A DNA stretch of 62,415 nucleotides, counting the filler, from Platydemus manokwari (Eukaryota), in NCBI GenBank assembly GCA_037951405.1. It is 6 parts of 6 records of this genome, joined end to end, with 100 filler letters (N's around TTAATTAATTAA, not from the genome) between each part and the next. Parts side by side here need not be neighbours in the genome. Positions count along the whole stretch, not along the records: positions 9,886 to 20,864 come from JBBMOY011002192.1; positions 20,965 to 30,072 come from JBBMOY011298539.1; positions 30,173 to 42,656 come from JBBMOY010116677.1; 3 more parts are not named here. The stretch is one strand, 5' to 3'. The notes under the pieces are model-generated. The model worked only from the letters and a program-made list of their open reading frames with translations, ran no database searches and was not told where the DNA came from. Of this stretch, positions 18,651 through 32,931 are shown piece after piece (the stretch's first letter is position 1; every line of letters starts with the position of its first letter). Made by a program: the position numbers and the translations under genes.

Positions 18651-20781
18651 ATGAAACCGAATTCATGAAAACGGAAAACATTAAAATAAATAATAATAAT
18701 TTCTTTAAATCAAAAATCAATATTGACAACTAGAATATTTTGATTTGGAAAATATTTATAGACAAGACATCTCACGGCGAATTCCATTTGACATACAAAT
18801 TCATTTGATTATTGATTACTTTATTGGTGTGCTCAGTATTCGATTACAACCGTACACGACGTGCAAAGTATAAAGAGCTCGTCATAAAACTAAAATCTAT
18901 CTCAGTGTATTCCAAATTTTCGAATGTTTTCAAAGCATATCAATCAATAACACTTCACTTTCAATCACTTATTTAGTTGTATTAATGTAAATGGCGGAAA
19001 TTTTGAAAATAAAAATTGAAATTGAAAATCTTTACAAATCGAATATTAGCAGAGGGTTCACTGAAGGACATTCTATAATTCGTTACTCTATATGTTACTT
19101 TAATGTTTCTATTTATGGAAATAAAAATATCCCAAAATAAAAAAAATATATTTATAAATCAATTTAAATGATAGCCAGATTTTATTTAAAATAAATCGAT
19201 AGATAATTTAATTATTAAATAAGCTAATCAATTCCATTAATGATTGATTTAATGTTGTAAAAATTCAAAGCAGATTCTCTTAGTTGGTCGATATTACTTT
19301 TCAATGAAATCAGTTTCTAACTATTGTTTTTGTTTGTTTTGATTTCTCATTTTAGTTCGTTTTAAAATTAATTTAATTTCCTTCATCTCATTGAATTTCC
19401 ACGCGTTGAAGTTATTTTTTACGAAATTTATTTATTTTATCAATAAATGATTCCTCAGTTACGAATTTTCTTTTTATTCTTTTCACAAATCTCGAAAGAT
19501 TTATCATAATTATAGTAACGGTTTTCTGCTTTATTTGGATTTGTTTGATTCTTCATTTGTCGTCGGGGTAAATATCCCAAACATATTTAATATGTCACAT
19601 TTCCTTCTATTATATATTACCATATTATTTATTAGATCAATAAATTCATCGTCAAACTAGTTTAAATTGTTATATAATGAATTAAGTCACAGTTTATGGT
19701 TGATAAGATACGATCATTGTTAAATGCGTCAATACGAATCCGAAGCAAAAAGATTATTTTTTTCAGTATTCTAATGGTAGATATCTATGTGCAGTCGTAA
19801 TGCTTTATATTTATCGAGAAGATACTCATCATCTTAAAAATTGATTTTGCTTCAATACTAAGAAGGGATTTATAAATCATCTATTTTCGAGTACATTTGT
19901 AATTTCTATCATATTTTCGCTGAAGTGTATTGTTGTACAAATATAATTTTATCGTACAAAACTGATGTTCTGAAATTATAGAGGACCAATGACATCATAT
20001 AAAATATTTGATATTCTTCATCTCTCCACCTTTTTTAGTTGTGAAATTATAGTTATTTATAGAAAAGTTTAATAAGCATTGTTCTTCTTCGATAACATTG
20101 TCAATGTACAAGGGTGTGATCGTTCGAGCAGAAAATAACTTATTAAATATACCGTTTAATTCTACCTGGGGTTTTGATAACTCTAAGACTGATATAAGTT
20201 GCGATAATTCTGATAATTATAATAATATGGATACATGAAATGGACATCAAGTATATTTCGAAAAATTAAAATAAATAAAATCGATAATTTAAATTTTTCA
20301 TTATCTTTGTAATTTTTATTTTGTTGATTTAAATTTTATTTATTGAGACCATTTTCTCTTTTAAATAATTTAAAAATAAACATTGATTACAACACACCAG
20401 AAATTCATAAATTAATGATTGTTTCATTATCGATAAAAATAATTAATAAAATAAATCATATCTTGTATCTTAACCCAAAATAAACAGAAAATCGATATTT
20501 GAATCAATAATTTATTTTTAAACACAATTCTTGAACAATCTTTTGGAACCGCGTTTTCGAGTCAAAAATTTCTTCTGAGAATCTTCACTGATCGTAAATG
20601 AGTAATAATACTGTGTAAAATTGATTTTTACAATCATTATAATTATTCAATATAAGTATAACTACAATGTATAAGTGAATATTAATACTCGATTTTACAA
20701 GAATATTTCTTTGTTTCACAGGGGTTTTAGCTTATTGATTTTTAGTGAATATTTTGATGATCATTGTCGACGTCTTGATCA

Positions 20782-20864
20782 GTCATCATCGATGGCAACC
20801 TTTATGCTGAACAACTACAGCGAGTTCATGATGCTTTGAGCACTCGCTACCCAGGACTGTTGAA
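20782..20864 (+). mobile_element. mariner transposase internal fragment cut by the gap
   Basis: Open frame VIIDGNLYAEQLQRVHDALSTRYPGLL matches the mariner segment just before the second catalytic Asp (Y..QL.R...L..R.P.L). Confidence 0.8.
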
Positions 20865-20964
20865 NNNNNNNNNNNNNNNNNNNNNNNNNNNNNNNNNNNN
20901 NNNNNNNNTTAATTAATTAANNNNNNNNNNNNNNNNNNNNNNNNNNNNNNNNNNNNNNNNNNNN
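20865..20964. other. Assembly gap with TTAATTAATTAA linker
   Basis: Same 44N-12-44N structure. Confidence 0.99.
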
Positions 20965-21145
20965 ATTATTATTATTATTATTATTATTATTCCTGTTACT
21001 ATTGTTATTATTTTTATTATCACCATTATTATTACTATTATTGTTGTTGTTATTATTATGATCGTTATTATAAATATTATTATTATTATAGTTATTTATA
21101 TTATTATAGTTATTATTACTATTATCATTATTATTATTATTAATT
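20965..21145. repeat. (ATT)n-type microsatellite
   Basis: Directly visible at the contig edge. Confidence 0.9.
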
Positions 21146-21639
21146 TACGAAATGAAACAGTTGATCACTAAATCCCATTGAATTACCATGATCAAAATTA
21201 TTTGTAATTTTCAAGGACTAGTAGTCGGTTATAAAAATTATTTTTGGTCCCAATTCTGTTAAATGTATTGATTTCCAAGTTTATTTAGAAACATGGTTTA
21301 AAACAAATAAAACTAATGTTGACACAGTTTTAAAAAACAATCAATAAATTTCTCGAAACTATTTGAAACTAATCCTCATTATTAAAATTGCAGAATAATT
21401 TTCTCTGTGAGTATGCTTGGACTTTTCTAATTTTCGACAGCCAATCAGAATTGAAGCAATACTATGTATATTGAATCTCAATAGATGTTGTTAGTTGCTA
21501 CTATTTCGCTAAATACGAAAAATGAAAAACAAATCTAAGAAAGACAATCTAAAGGTTTATTTCATCAAAATATTCAAACAAATTAAAAGTATTAAAAAAT
21601 TTTCACAAAAATTTGAAAAATTCCCTCAAAAAAATGAGC

Positions 21640-22330
21640 TAATAAATCCTACACAAGGGCGTTGTTTCAAACCTATGCTGTTTGATTTAACATTGCTGAT
21701 GTTATTTTATTGACTTCTATAATACAAACTGTGTATTTAGCGACAACTCAAATCTGCACTTTCGAACACACTGTGTGATGTGTAGTCTACAAAACAAAAT
21801 CTTCAAATGAAAAACATGAACGATTTTGTAAATAATTTGAAAAATCATAACAAGCTTTGATTGAAGCTCTTGAAAGTTTCAGAAAATTTTATCCAAGACA
21901 AAGAAATTGTTCTTGGTTTTTTTCATCAATTTATTCTCATTGTTATGAATTAGTAGAAACAGATAGTCATCTAGTAATGAATATATTTGAAAGGATTCAT
22001 GTGAATTTGATTTCATCAAACATCACAATTGATACCATAGAAGACCGTTACAATCGATTGTGGGTGAGCTGAGTTTTAATTTGGTGTTGATTTGTTTTGC
22101 AGAACACTATTAGTTATTTTGATAACCGGTTGTTGTATTTGTCTGATCTATTGTAGGGCATTGAAAATTAATTAATGAGAGTCGAAATTTTTTTGTAAAG
22201 CAGGTACTAGAAACGAATCGTAAAGAATCTTTTAAATTTTAATCTTAATATCCTCACGCCCTTTTCTTTAAAATGTTTGATTTTCTATTTAATGCTGTAA
22301 ATATTCATCTAAATGAAAAATCTTGTCTAT
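21640..22330 (+). mobile_element. Possible decayed hAT transposase
   Basis: Broken frames (QALIEALE; MNIFERIHVNLISSNITI) resemble ZMYM1-type hAT transposases; weak. Confidence 0.25.
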
Positions 22331-25300
22331 ATCGTCTCTTCTATACTTCCATGCAACAAACCTTTTCAGAATCAAAGCCAAATGCATGATACCCTGGTAA
22401 GCCTATTCAAGTTTATAAAGTAAATGTTGAAAAAGAATTGGAAAAGTCACAACACCAAATTATTCATTTATATACAGTAATTAATTTAAAAAACCTTTTA
22501 AATTTTTATATTATTAAAGTCCTCACCATCAATAAAGCTTGAGCATAACCTTAAAAACAACTCATGCAACAAAATCAAGACAAAGTAAAAAAGGAAGTAA
22601 AAAACCAATGGGATACTTGCAATTTCATTAAGTATTTATTTTAGAAAAAACTATTTAATCTAAGCTCGTGATTTTATAATTCTTGAAACAACTGAAATAA
22701 AATCAAAATAAGAAGATTAGTTTCCGAAGCAACTTAACCAACCATTTAACAAATAACGGACACAGTCAAAGAAAGTAAAATACGGAAAAATCCTACAAAA
22801 CAAAAGGAAGAAAAGGTTTTAAAACCAAATAAAACCTCATAAGAAACAACTTGAGAAATCCACAAACTAATCTCCATAAACAATACTTTGACTTTCTACC
22901 CCAATCATAATCAAGAGCACAATAAATAAATTGTCGATCATATTTATGACTGTCATCGCTACTTTTCTATGGCTGTTGTTAAACTTTCATTTAGTTCAAT
23001 CTCATTCAACAAATTTAATTATAATAATCAACCCAGAAATATCCTGTTCCCAGGATCGAGGTATATCATTATCATTTAGTCTTCTATTAATTTTCCTATT
23101 TGAGATTATATATAATCACATTGATTATGCTTATAATTTGGTTTATATTTTCATTCATAGTATTACTGTTTAAGTAAAGGTTTAGTCCTCTCAACAATTG
23201 AGAATTATTTCACAACCTTATAATATTTTCAAATCGTCTGTCCATAACTGTGAAAGGAGGACTCTGGTTTCAAATTATTCTTTGAAATTTTGAAAATAAA
23301 GGGATTTATTTTTCATTCGTCTTTTAATTTTTTCATTTTTTGAATTTATGATTTTGAAACATGAAATTCGATTTCGATTAATTTATTGATTCTCAACATT
23401 GAAATCAATTCTCGGGAGTTAATTTATACAAATTTAAAAATTTCTAGATAAATTTTACAAGTTTTAAAACAATTTTTTTATCGACACTTTTCATTGCTTT
23501 GACTCGTGAACTTTGCGAGAGATTCATCTGAACAGAATTTACCATAACGGAATTATTCCAATATAAATAAACTAATTAAAAAAATATTCCCGTATTTTTT
23601 AAATTATGTACTTATTTTTTTAATAAAAATTATTTTTTTTTAATTTATTGATTTTAATAAAAAGTTCAAAATATCATTACAGTTTGACCAAATAATTAAT
23701 TCACACTAAAAATCTTGTGTAACATTGTATAAATTATTATAACAATCATATTTTTGTGCGTGAAAATACGTGTGACGTGTGCATTAATTTTTATGAAATC
23801 AGTGTGATTTTTTATGCCTTAACAACCTACAGAATATTTCAGTGAAATCAACTGGAAATATTATTATACATTCGTATTTAAAATGGTTTATCTGTAAATA
23901 TCTAAAATAATAATACTTGAAAATCCTTCCTGAAGAAAAACCCATGAAATGCCCTAATATGTTATCGCGCAGTAACATCGACAAATAAATTGCCATCTAT
24001 AATCACGCACATAAATTCAATCATTGAATGAAATATTCACTTGGCTAAATTTAACCAGAGACAATATTTCTCTGTATAATAAATTTAATCGGAGAGAATG
24101 TCTTTCTCTGATAAATAAATTCTAGCGAGAAAATAATAAATAAACTGCCATTAAATTTAATCGCAGAGAATATCTGCAAGTGATTCACCACTGGATATAT
24201 ATATATATAAGGCAGCAGTCACGGTTAGCACTGCAATAATAATAAATTACTGAAGACACAGTTATACGTTCCATCGATTGATATACACGGAGATGCGACA
24301 CATTATTCTGTAATCAAGAACCGCATGATAGAAAACCATTCAATATCAAAGATCAGGATAAGCCAAGTATTTTCCTGGAAGGCCCTACTATAAGTTACAT
24401 TCATATAAATTCATATTATATTATCTGTAATTTCTTATAATCAAGTTGTGCCTCAAATACCTTTCGGTAAATGATTTTCCCCAAGTGTGTAGAGCATATA
24501 AACCGTCACCTTAATCTGTGAAATTGTTAAGGTTCGCTATAAGTTGATGTAAAGTATAATACCAAAATCAATTTTTTAATTTTGATTTCATCATTGTTAA
24601 ATCGATTTGTATCGGTGTTATTTGTCGATAAATATTTGTAGTAACAAGCCTTAATTTTTCATTAAGCAGGGATCATGAACCATTATTGTTCATTGTCCTT
24701 GGTATCAGCATATTTAGTAGTTTAAATAGGTTATGTAAGTTGAGATTGATAGTTAAAATATATAACTATTGCCACACCTATTGTCTTCGCACAGTAAAAT
24801 CAATAAAATCCGAACGTTACAGATAACCCGATTAATCTGAAAATATTATCATTTTAGTGAATTTACTAACAAGAATATTATTTTTAATATTATTATTAAT
24901 AATGTTAATATTATCATTAATATTGTAACATAAATTATGATTATTCTAAAAATATCAAAAGTCTACTGATTTTAAAACAACCTACACGTGAAATTGTGAA
25001 ATACGTCGTAAATTTATATGATATCGAATCTATAAATAATCCTGATAATTCATGTATTCGGTTTCATAGATTTCCTTCATCTACATTACATGCCTTTGTA
25101 GTTTTAATCCATTGATAATTGCTTTAAACCACATAAATGCTAAACACGTATTCTTATTTAAAAGTCATAATTCATTGATCAATAGATTCCGTAATCTTTT
25201 CTACTAAAGCAAATTTTTTCCCATAAACTCGTGTAAAATGCTTTCCAAAAACTCTAAGAATAATTTAAAAAAAAACACATGGCAAGCTTAAATGCAAATC

Positions 25301-26502
25301 AATACATTGCACCTCTTAACCACGCAAATATCGGTTGATTTTATTCACATATCAAACACTAATAGATCAATTTCATTTTTCTTAAATTCTCCTCAAGTAT
25401 TTATCGACATACGAGAAAAAAAATCTAAGTCAGCTAAAATAATTACCAAACAAACTTTATACTCAAAATTGACGCTAAACTAAAGCCTACTTCATTCTGT
25501 GATTGGCGATTATCATAGATCATTAAGAGAATATTATTTTCAATATTTAAACCATGATAATTTTATTTCTGCTTCTCATATAATTGCTTCTCTAATAGTA
25601 GCAAAATATATTTTTTTTATTATTATATATTGAAGAACTCTGATTTAATTAAGGGAAACCAGCAATATTGAAGAAAAATTAATTGAGTTCTGTATATCTC
25701 TTTTAAAATAGTTATTGTCATTCGCATACGATAGCAATTCACAAGATAGATATTATATATATATAATTGAAATTATTATTATTGAATTATTATCTTTATT
25801 GTCCTTGTTGATTTGACGAAAGCTTATTTTAAAATATTTATTTTTTGACGAAAATATATTTTAAAGCACATTTTAAAAATATTTGTGGTCTGTGATTGAA
25901 GATGAGCTAGATATTTCATTGATCCGAACAATTGAGAAAACGATCAATAAATGAAACTGGCACTCAATAAAATATCGTCATATCAAGCTCTGATTCACAA
26001 ATAGAATCCACGCAAGAAGAAATAAAAATCAAGAACAAGTGTTGAAATTGCATTGAGTTCAGCAACCGAAAGAAGAGTACGTAGAAAGCAACCAGTCATA
26101 AAAGAATGACACATTTTGAAAGAAGTTCACGCATTATATGTTGTTAAGTTGTACCTTTCAATTTGTATATTTATCAATACTTTTAACTACTAATTAATGG
26201 ATCTTTGATTGTGGGTGTTTCGTCATTCTTCTGTACCATTGGTTCATGGTATAGTTCATTCCTTACGGTTGGTATATCTTAATTGAAAGCAGTGTGTATT
26301 CTTTATAGGTGTGTATACTCTTTTAGGCTTAATTGTGAACTGAAAACAAAGAGCAATAATGATATAATCAAATTTTGTTGATAGATTGATGGACTTTATT
26401 TGATGACACAATTTTTAATGTCGAATAGTACCAAAACAGAATTGTTAAACTAAGTTCCTATTCCATTCACAACATTTCCTAAATTTATACCGCCTACCTT
26501 TA

Positions 26503-26730
26503 TTAGGTTGGCAACTAAGTTCACGAACTTTTTTTAAAGTTTTTTTCTGTAAAAAAAACAACTAAAAGATCAATAATATATCCTCCTTTGTTGTTTACAA
26601 CTTTCAATACTTAGAAATGACCCGGTTACGACTGGAAAAATTTATCCATCCAATCTCTAAATTCGGCATCATTATTGACCGAAAACCCACGCATAATATT
26701 TTATACGGATCGAAAGAAAAGGAAATTTGT
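26503..26730 (-). mobile_element. mariner 3' end (transposase C-terminus plus TIR)
   Basis: TA + TTAGGTTGGCAACTAAGT TIR at 26501; minus strand reads FFRSV*NIMRGFSVNNDAEFRDWMDKFFQS*PGHF...VVNNKGGYIID. Confidence 0.85.
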
Positions 26731-27049
26731 AGAGATTAGATTTTGAATTTTTTTTTGCAATTATAAATCAGCTTTTTAATCTAATTACGTGTTTAGTAAT
26801 ATAATTGTGACATAATTATAAAAAAATATAATATCTCTCCATGCACTTCAAATTTCAGGAGAGGCCTGCACTAATTTTCAATAAATTATAATTTAACCTA
26901 TTTTTACTAGATTTTCGAATAATAAATTTTTAAAAGATTTTAAAGCTCAGATTCAACAACTCAAAAATTATGCCTTCGATGCCCGTTACTATATTTGGCT
27001 CCTCCAAAATAGGCCTCGTCAATTTCTACCACGATATTTAGGCCTGCAA

Positions 27050-27255
27050 TTATTTCAACCTGTTTTTCAAATAATTGATTTCTAGGCGATTTTAAAAAAA
27101 CATATTTGATTCTAAACAACTAAAATTTTTCTTAAATAAAATATTCAAAACGTTATTAAAGAACTTGATTAAATAAACTATATACATTTTTGCAATACAC
27201 TTCACAAATTTAAAATTTTATTTTAGAACCCTTTTTAACTTTAGCTCGAATTTCT
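27050..27255 (-). repeat. Dispersed repeat family A (inverted partial copy)
   Basis: Reverse complement aligns by eye with 57900-58100 (GCTAAAGTTAAAAAGGG...AATTTTAAATTTGT...GTGTATTGCAAAA). Confidence 0.7.
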
Positions 27256-28309
27256 TAACTTTAGCATTTTGTTTAATTGACTTTAGAGTACTTCACTTAA
27301 TTATTTCTTCAAACGTGAATTGAAAATTTGCTCTAAAATATGTTGTAATCATCAGGTTATTAGGGACAAATGTGTCATATTTTCGTTTAATTCAATAATT
27401 GAATGAGGAGATTTTATCCATTGTAGAATATCAAGGAGAAATTATTTTAAAAATGCAGGAGCAATAACCCGTATAAAAAATTTTAAAATATTAATTTAAT
27501 TTTTACCTTGTATATCTATTTAAAGCGAGAATTGCTTTTATCGAGATGAAATGATTCTCGTTCTAATTGAGCTACGAATTTATATTCTACATTATTCTTT
27601 GAATGGAATTTCTTTCATACGGTTTAAACAGAAAAATGATCTCATCATCATCGTCATCATATAAGGAAAAAATAATTTATTTTTTTGCTATAAATTTCAT
27701 TGATCGGCTTTTCTCAACATTTCGTTATCAGAAATTTAATATGCCCATATAATTGGATTAGAGGATATTGCTTTTAATGCCATCATTGCTGATATTATCT
27801 AGAAGTATCTTTCGATCATTAATTAAATTAGTTCCTCTAATGATTTCATATTAAATTTAAATGAATTTTTGTCACATTGATGTGAATTGAAAAAGATGAA
27901 AATGATAATACCATTGTATCGTCCTTAATTAGTTTTATTTCTGGTTGTTCTGATCTTTGTATTGAACCATATGGGAACAAGTACAGCAATTTAATTATTC
28001 CAAAATAATAAAACTGGTCATAAATGGAGTGTTGTTAGAAATACAAAATGACATATTAAATTACTTTCTCAAATAATAAAAATATTAATAGTTCTGTTGG
28101 GTTTCCAGTTATGCAAATTATCGACAGTAAAGTTCCCGATAAGTTTCAAGATTATTTTTATTAAATCCCATGAGCTCTATGATAGATATTGCTGGTACTA
28201 AATTATGGATAACCAAATAATTGTTGACTCCAAGGAATCGAAGGTTGCAAACTTATTTTCTATTACACGTACTAATCAGTAAGATACTCTAAAACGCAAT
28301 ACAATATTT

Positions 28310-28650
28310 CAAAAACACAACCAAAACCTGGCTTCCGATCGGCAGTTGGCCATCTTTATATCGGTATTTATATGACGATTTTTGTATAACATTTATATCA
28401 AAATTTGATTTGATCTTTAATTTCTAATGTTCCTATCGGATTTGTCCATTTTTGGTTATCTAAACCATACGTGTGTTGTTGCGTGGCTATACCCATGTTT
28501 AAAATTATCGTTTTATATCTAAATCAGCTGTGATTGGTTGATTGTCATTCATGTATGTTCAAATAAGCATGCAAATGCTTAAAGTGCTAAAACAAGGATA
28601 ACAAGGTGCAAATTCGTTTTTTTGCAAGCCTCTTCAAAATTTCTTTCAAC
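28310..28650 (+). repeat. Dispersed repeat family B, copy 1
   Basis: Shares TGGCTTCC....GGCAGTTGGCCATCTTTATATCG and downstream blocks with 48035-48400. Confidence 0.75.
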
Positions 28651-30072
28651 CAGAATTGATTAACTCACATAATCATGCATTATAAGAATTATTATACAAT
28701 TATTTTCATTGTTAAAGTAAACATCGCATTGGGTATTATCATAATGATTTATTAACGTACTAGTTACTGTGTACTGGATCCACAAGTAAAAAAAATTATT
28801 CATCCAGTGGTAGTACAGTAATAAGTTAACGATATCTTTCAACATTAATTTTAAATTTTTGTTCAAAGCTTTAAAACTTTGTTCGTCTTCACTAGAAATT
28901 CACTTCATATAATGTTTAAGCTTCGTAAGATCACAACGTCAATAACGAATCTTTAAAATAATTTAACTTAATTCTATTATATTTAACTTTAACCAAATTA
29001 AAATAATTCAAAGCAATATAAGTAACATGAAGACATAAATCATTTCATCAACAAACAAATTGACAAAATTTATTTATAAAAAATTGGACAATATAAAAAA
29101 TGTATGAAATTCATAATATCACGTAATCAAATTTCCCAAATGCAACGATGCAATTCTAGGTTTTAAATTGATCAAAAGAATACCGAAAACTGCTTTTAAA
29201 TATACCAATAACTTCCATCAGCTAAACTATTCATTTATTCTGATATACAGATAAGTAGTCAATGGTATATTTTGAACACATTTTTAGATTCAGCCGATTT
29301 TCATATATTTAACAATGGTTAACAGATATATATTTCTTTTTAACTCGATAATATCAAAATCAAGCTAAATTTTAAATTAGTTGAAAATAATAACAAAACA
29401 AAAATAATTTCATTTTATAAAATTTTATAGATAATTTGTCTAATAGTATTCAAAAAAATTTTAGGTAATGAACGGATAAATAGGTATCAAATAAAGTTTT
29501 TTAGTTTAAAAAAACAAAATAGAAATATAATTTTTATTTCAGTTAATTAAAATATAAGGAAAAATTCAAAGAAATTCTATATTAGGAGAATGCATATAAA
29601 CTTAATTAAACTATTCAAAAATCACATTACACACATACAATTCACATATACTATAGAGACGGAATCTTATGAAAGAAAACTGGTTTTGTACATCGGAACC
29701 ATACAACTAGCAACAGTAGACTAAGATGGTAGACTTAAAGTCAAAAGAAAGTTCAACCTTAAATAAAAATGATTCCCAAAGAAGACTTTTCTGGTTGTCA
29801 CAAACTCCCAATCGATTAGTACTGAGGAGATCCAGTAGTTTTTGCGAATTTCATGGTGGATTATATCGTTTTTGCTGCATCCCAAATCCCGAGGAACCAG
29901 GAAGTGATTACATTCTTCAAAACAATCATTGCATTTGTTGGGATTCTGGCCCAACAAGTCATTTACAAGACATAATTTACATTGAAAAATATGTGTAAAC
30001 ATTTGCATGACAGTCCTTATTAAATGCGTATTCATTTTTATTGTATTCATTTTTATTTGATCACTTTGTATT

Positions 30073-30172
30073 NNNNNNNNNNNNNNNNNNNNNNNNNNNN
30101 NNNNNNNNNNNNNNNNTTAATTAATTAANNNNNNNNNNNNNNNNNNNNNNNNNNNNNNNNNNNNNNNNNNNN
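30073..30172. other. Assembly gap with TTAATTAATTAA linker
   Basis: Same structure. Confidence 0.99.
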
Positions 30173-32931
30173 CAAAATAAAGTCATAATAACGTCATAAA
30201 ATACATTTTTTATGCAAAATCAGGATAGTCATAGTCATTTGTCATTTTACTCATCGATGTCTACCTTCCATTGTAGACTCTGATAGGAGGGGGTTGATTG
30301 AGGTGTTTTGATCTTCTGATATTTGGAAGATATGGAAGATGACGCAATTGATCCAGTCTGCAACACTGTCATGCACACATATTTCAATGTAAATCTATTG
30401 TTTTTAATCAACTAGTTGGGCCAGAACCCCAACATCTTAATCAGTCTCAATTAGCTCTTGTAAAAGGCAGAGATGTAATATACCTCATAATTGAGTTTCC
30501 TCGTCGCGCACAACGTTATGAAAACAACAAGCACAGACACCTTTAAATTCGTGACTTAACTTTAAATAAAACTTTAACGCTTAAAAAATGGTGAAACGAC
30601 CATGAGTTTTTACGACGTGATGCCATTTGTATTTGATCAATAACTTCATTATAAATAAAACATGTTTTCATAACAAAATATTAAATGATATGGTAGTTGG
30701 GTTTTTTTTGTTTTACTTTAAACGTTAACGACTTATTGATTTAGCTTTAATTTACCACTGATTCTCGGGGGGATTCTATAACGGGTAAAAAGACCACGCA
30801 TTGGAAATATATTTATGATTGAACATATCTAAGGCTGCTAAAGCTAAAGATGTCGATTTTATACGTTAAATAAAAGCGTCGAAATTTATAATGAAATGAC
30901 TGAGTGTGGGTTTTCTGAGTTATATATATATATATATAGCCATATGACATCTTCATGTATTTTTTAGGTAAAACTGCATTTACACATGGTTATTCCTGTA
31001 TTTTGACGATATGTTTTTTATTTTGTTTATGTAGTTTTAAAATATCTTTTTGTTACATCCCTGTATTCTCCAAATATGGTCTATTTTCCTTATTATTTGC
31101 ACTTTAACTTTTAATTAATTATATTTAATGTTTATTTTATTAATATTATTTATGCCGAAAATAATCTTTTCCCCCATTTTACATAAACAATAAAAATAAA
31201 ATAAATTAGCATCAAAATCCATACCTACAATATGTTATCATACAATCACTGTTTGAATAACATTGGATATCACCAAAAACATGAATTATTAATAAAATAA
31301 AAACCACACATAACAATCATACAATTATTGCTTCAAAAAAAGTTCAATTGCTGCTTTACAAAATTAAACACAAAATCAGATGTTAAATGTTTTCCTGATA
31401 TTTGCAGATTCACAGAATTGGTATTTGGACTGCTCCTCCGATTTTCTCGCTTTACTCTGACATATCCATGGTCAATGATTATGTTGTGTAACTAGTGGGG
31501 TTTAGTGTGTGATGGCTAATTATATGGTTGGAGATTTATTATATTGGTTATATGTGCTTTTATATGCACGTTGTAGTAGTTGGTATATTAGCTAATTGGT
31601 TGAATTTTTTATATGGCATAGTAAAAATTTGGTAATAGATACTGTTAAGCGATTAGGTTGGAACATGATCATTCGATGAGAATTGATTAAAGAATTGGGA
31701 TTGTTGTTTGAATTGGAATTTTAGATTTGGATTTGGTTAAGGAATTTGGATTGATATGCCGTTTGGATATTGTAAGAATTGATTAACAAATTAGGATAAT
31801 TCATTAAGGAATTAAGATTTGATGTGTTCGGATTGGGTGTATCCTCAACAGTTTAATGAAATACATACTTGTTTAGAGAAAGTTTCTGGGATTAAATTTA
31901 TTATAACAGATAAATTATCGACCATTTTATTAATTCTCAATACGATACTTTATGACCAATATTTTTTCATACCATAATTTATGAAATGAGATATACAATT
32001 TGTTAGCGTTATTTTATTGGGATTTGTTTTGCTAACTAATTTATTAGTCATTTTTATGTGTTTTCAGATATTATTAAATTATATTATTTCTGATAATTAA
32101 ACATTTATGTTCGATAATTGCTGTTAATAAGATTATTCCCATTAGAATTTCAGGACAGTTACATTCGTATGAATAAATATTATAAAAAACCCAATATTAC
32201 ATTTATCTGTTTTTTTATACCAAATTTAAATATTTTTTCAGTACACGGGGCATGGAAAATCTGGTACAATTTAGACAAGTTTCTGAATAAACATTGTCAC
32301 TGAAAATCATTTTCACTAAGTTTTATTTCAAGATTTTATCTTTTTTGAAGTTACTTATATCTTAATGTGTGGATGTTACATTGAATAATATTACCATATT
32401 GTATATAATAAGAGTAATTTACATAAACAGGTTTTCGTAATTTTTAAACAAGATCAATCAACAAATTTTATTTAATAGTTAAAAAATTTAATTTATTATG
32501 TTTTTACAAAACAAATTTGATTTTTACGCTTTGAAAGAAAAATAAAGGACAAGATTATAATTTTATTTTTAGCTGGGAATTCAAAAACCAAACTCATTTC
32601 AATCTGAAGGCTTTGCAATAAATTGCTTTTAATTTATTATCAAAATAATATTCAGTCTCAATTACAACGCTCTAAAGTACCACACATCGTATGATCATAT
32701 ATATATTCGACAGGTTTCAGATTATTTTAACACAAGCCGATACTTATAATATATTGATACAAGCTCTTAAAATTGATCTGTTTTGAAATGTTATATTATT
32801 AAATGATAAAATTTCAAAATATCTTATCGAACGAACAAATGGTTAAAGACCTCTCAAAAATCCACTTAATAATTCCAGATAATTTTACATGAAATTTAAA
32901 AAAATATATTTTTATACAAAACAATGACTAA

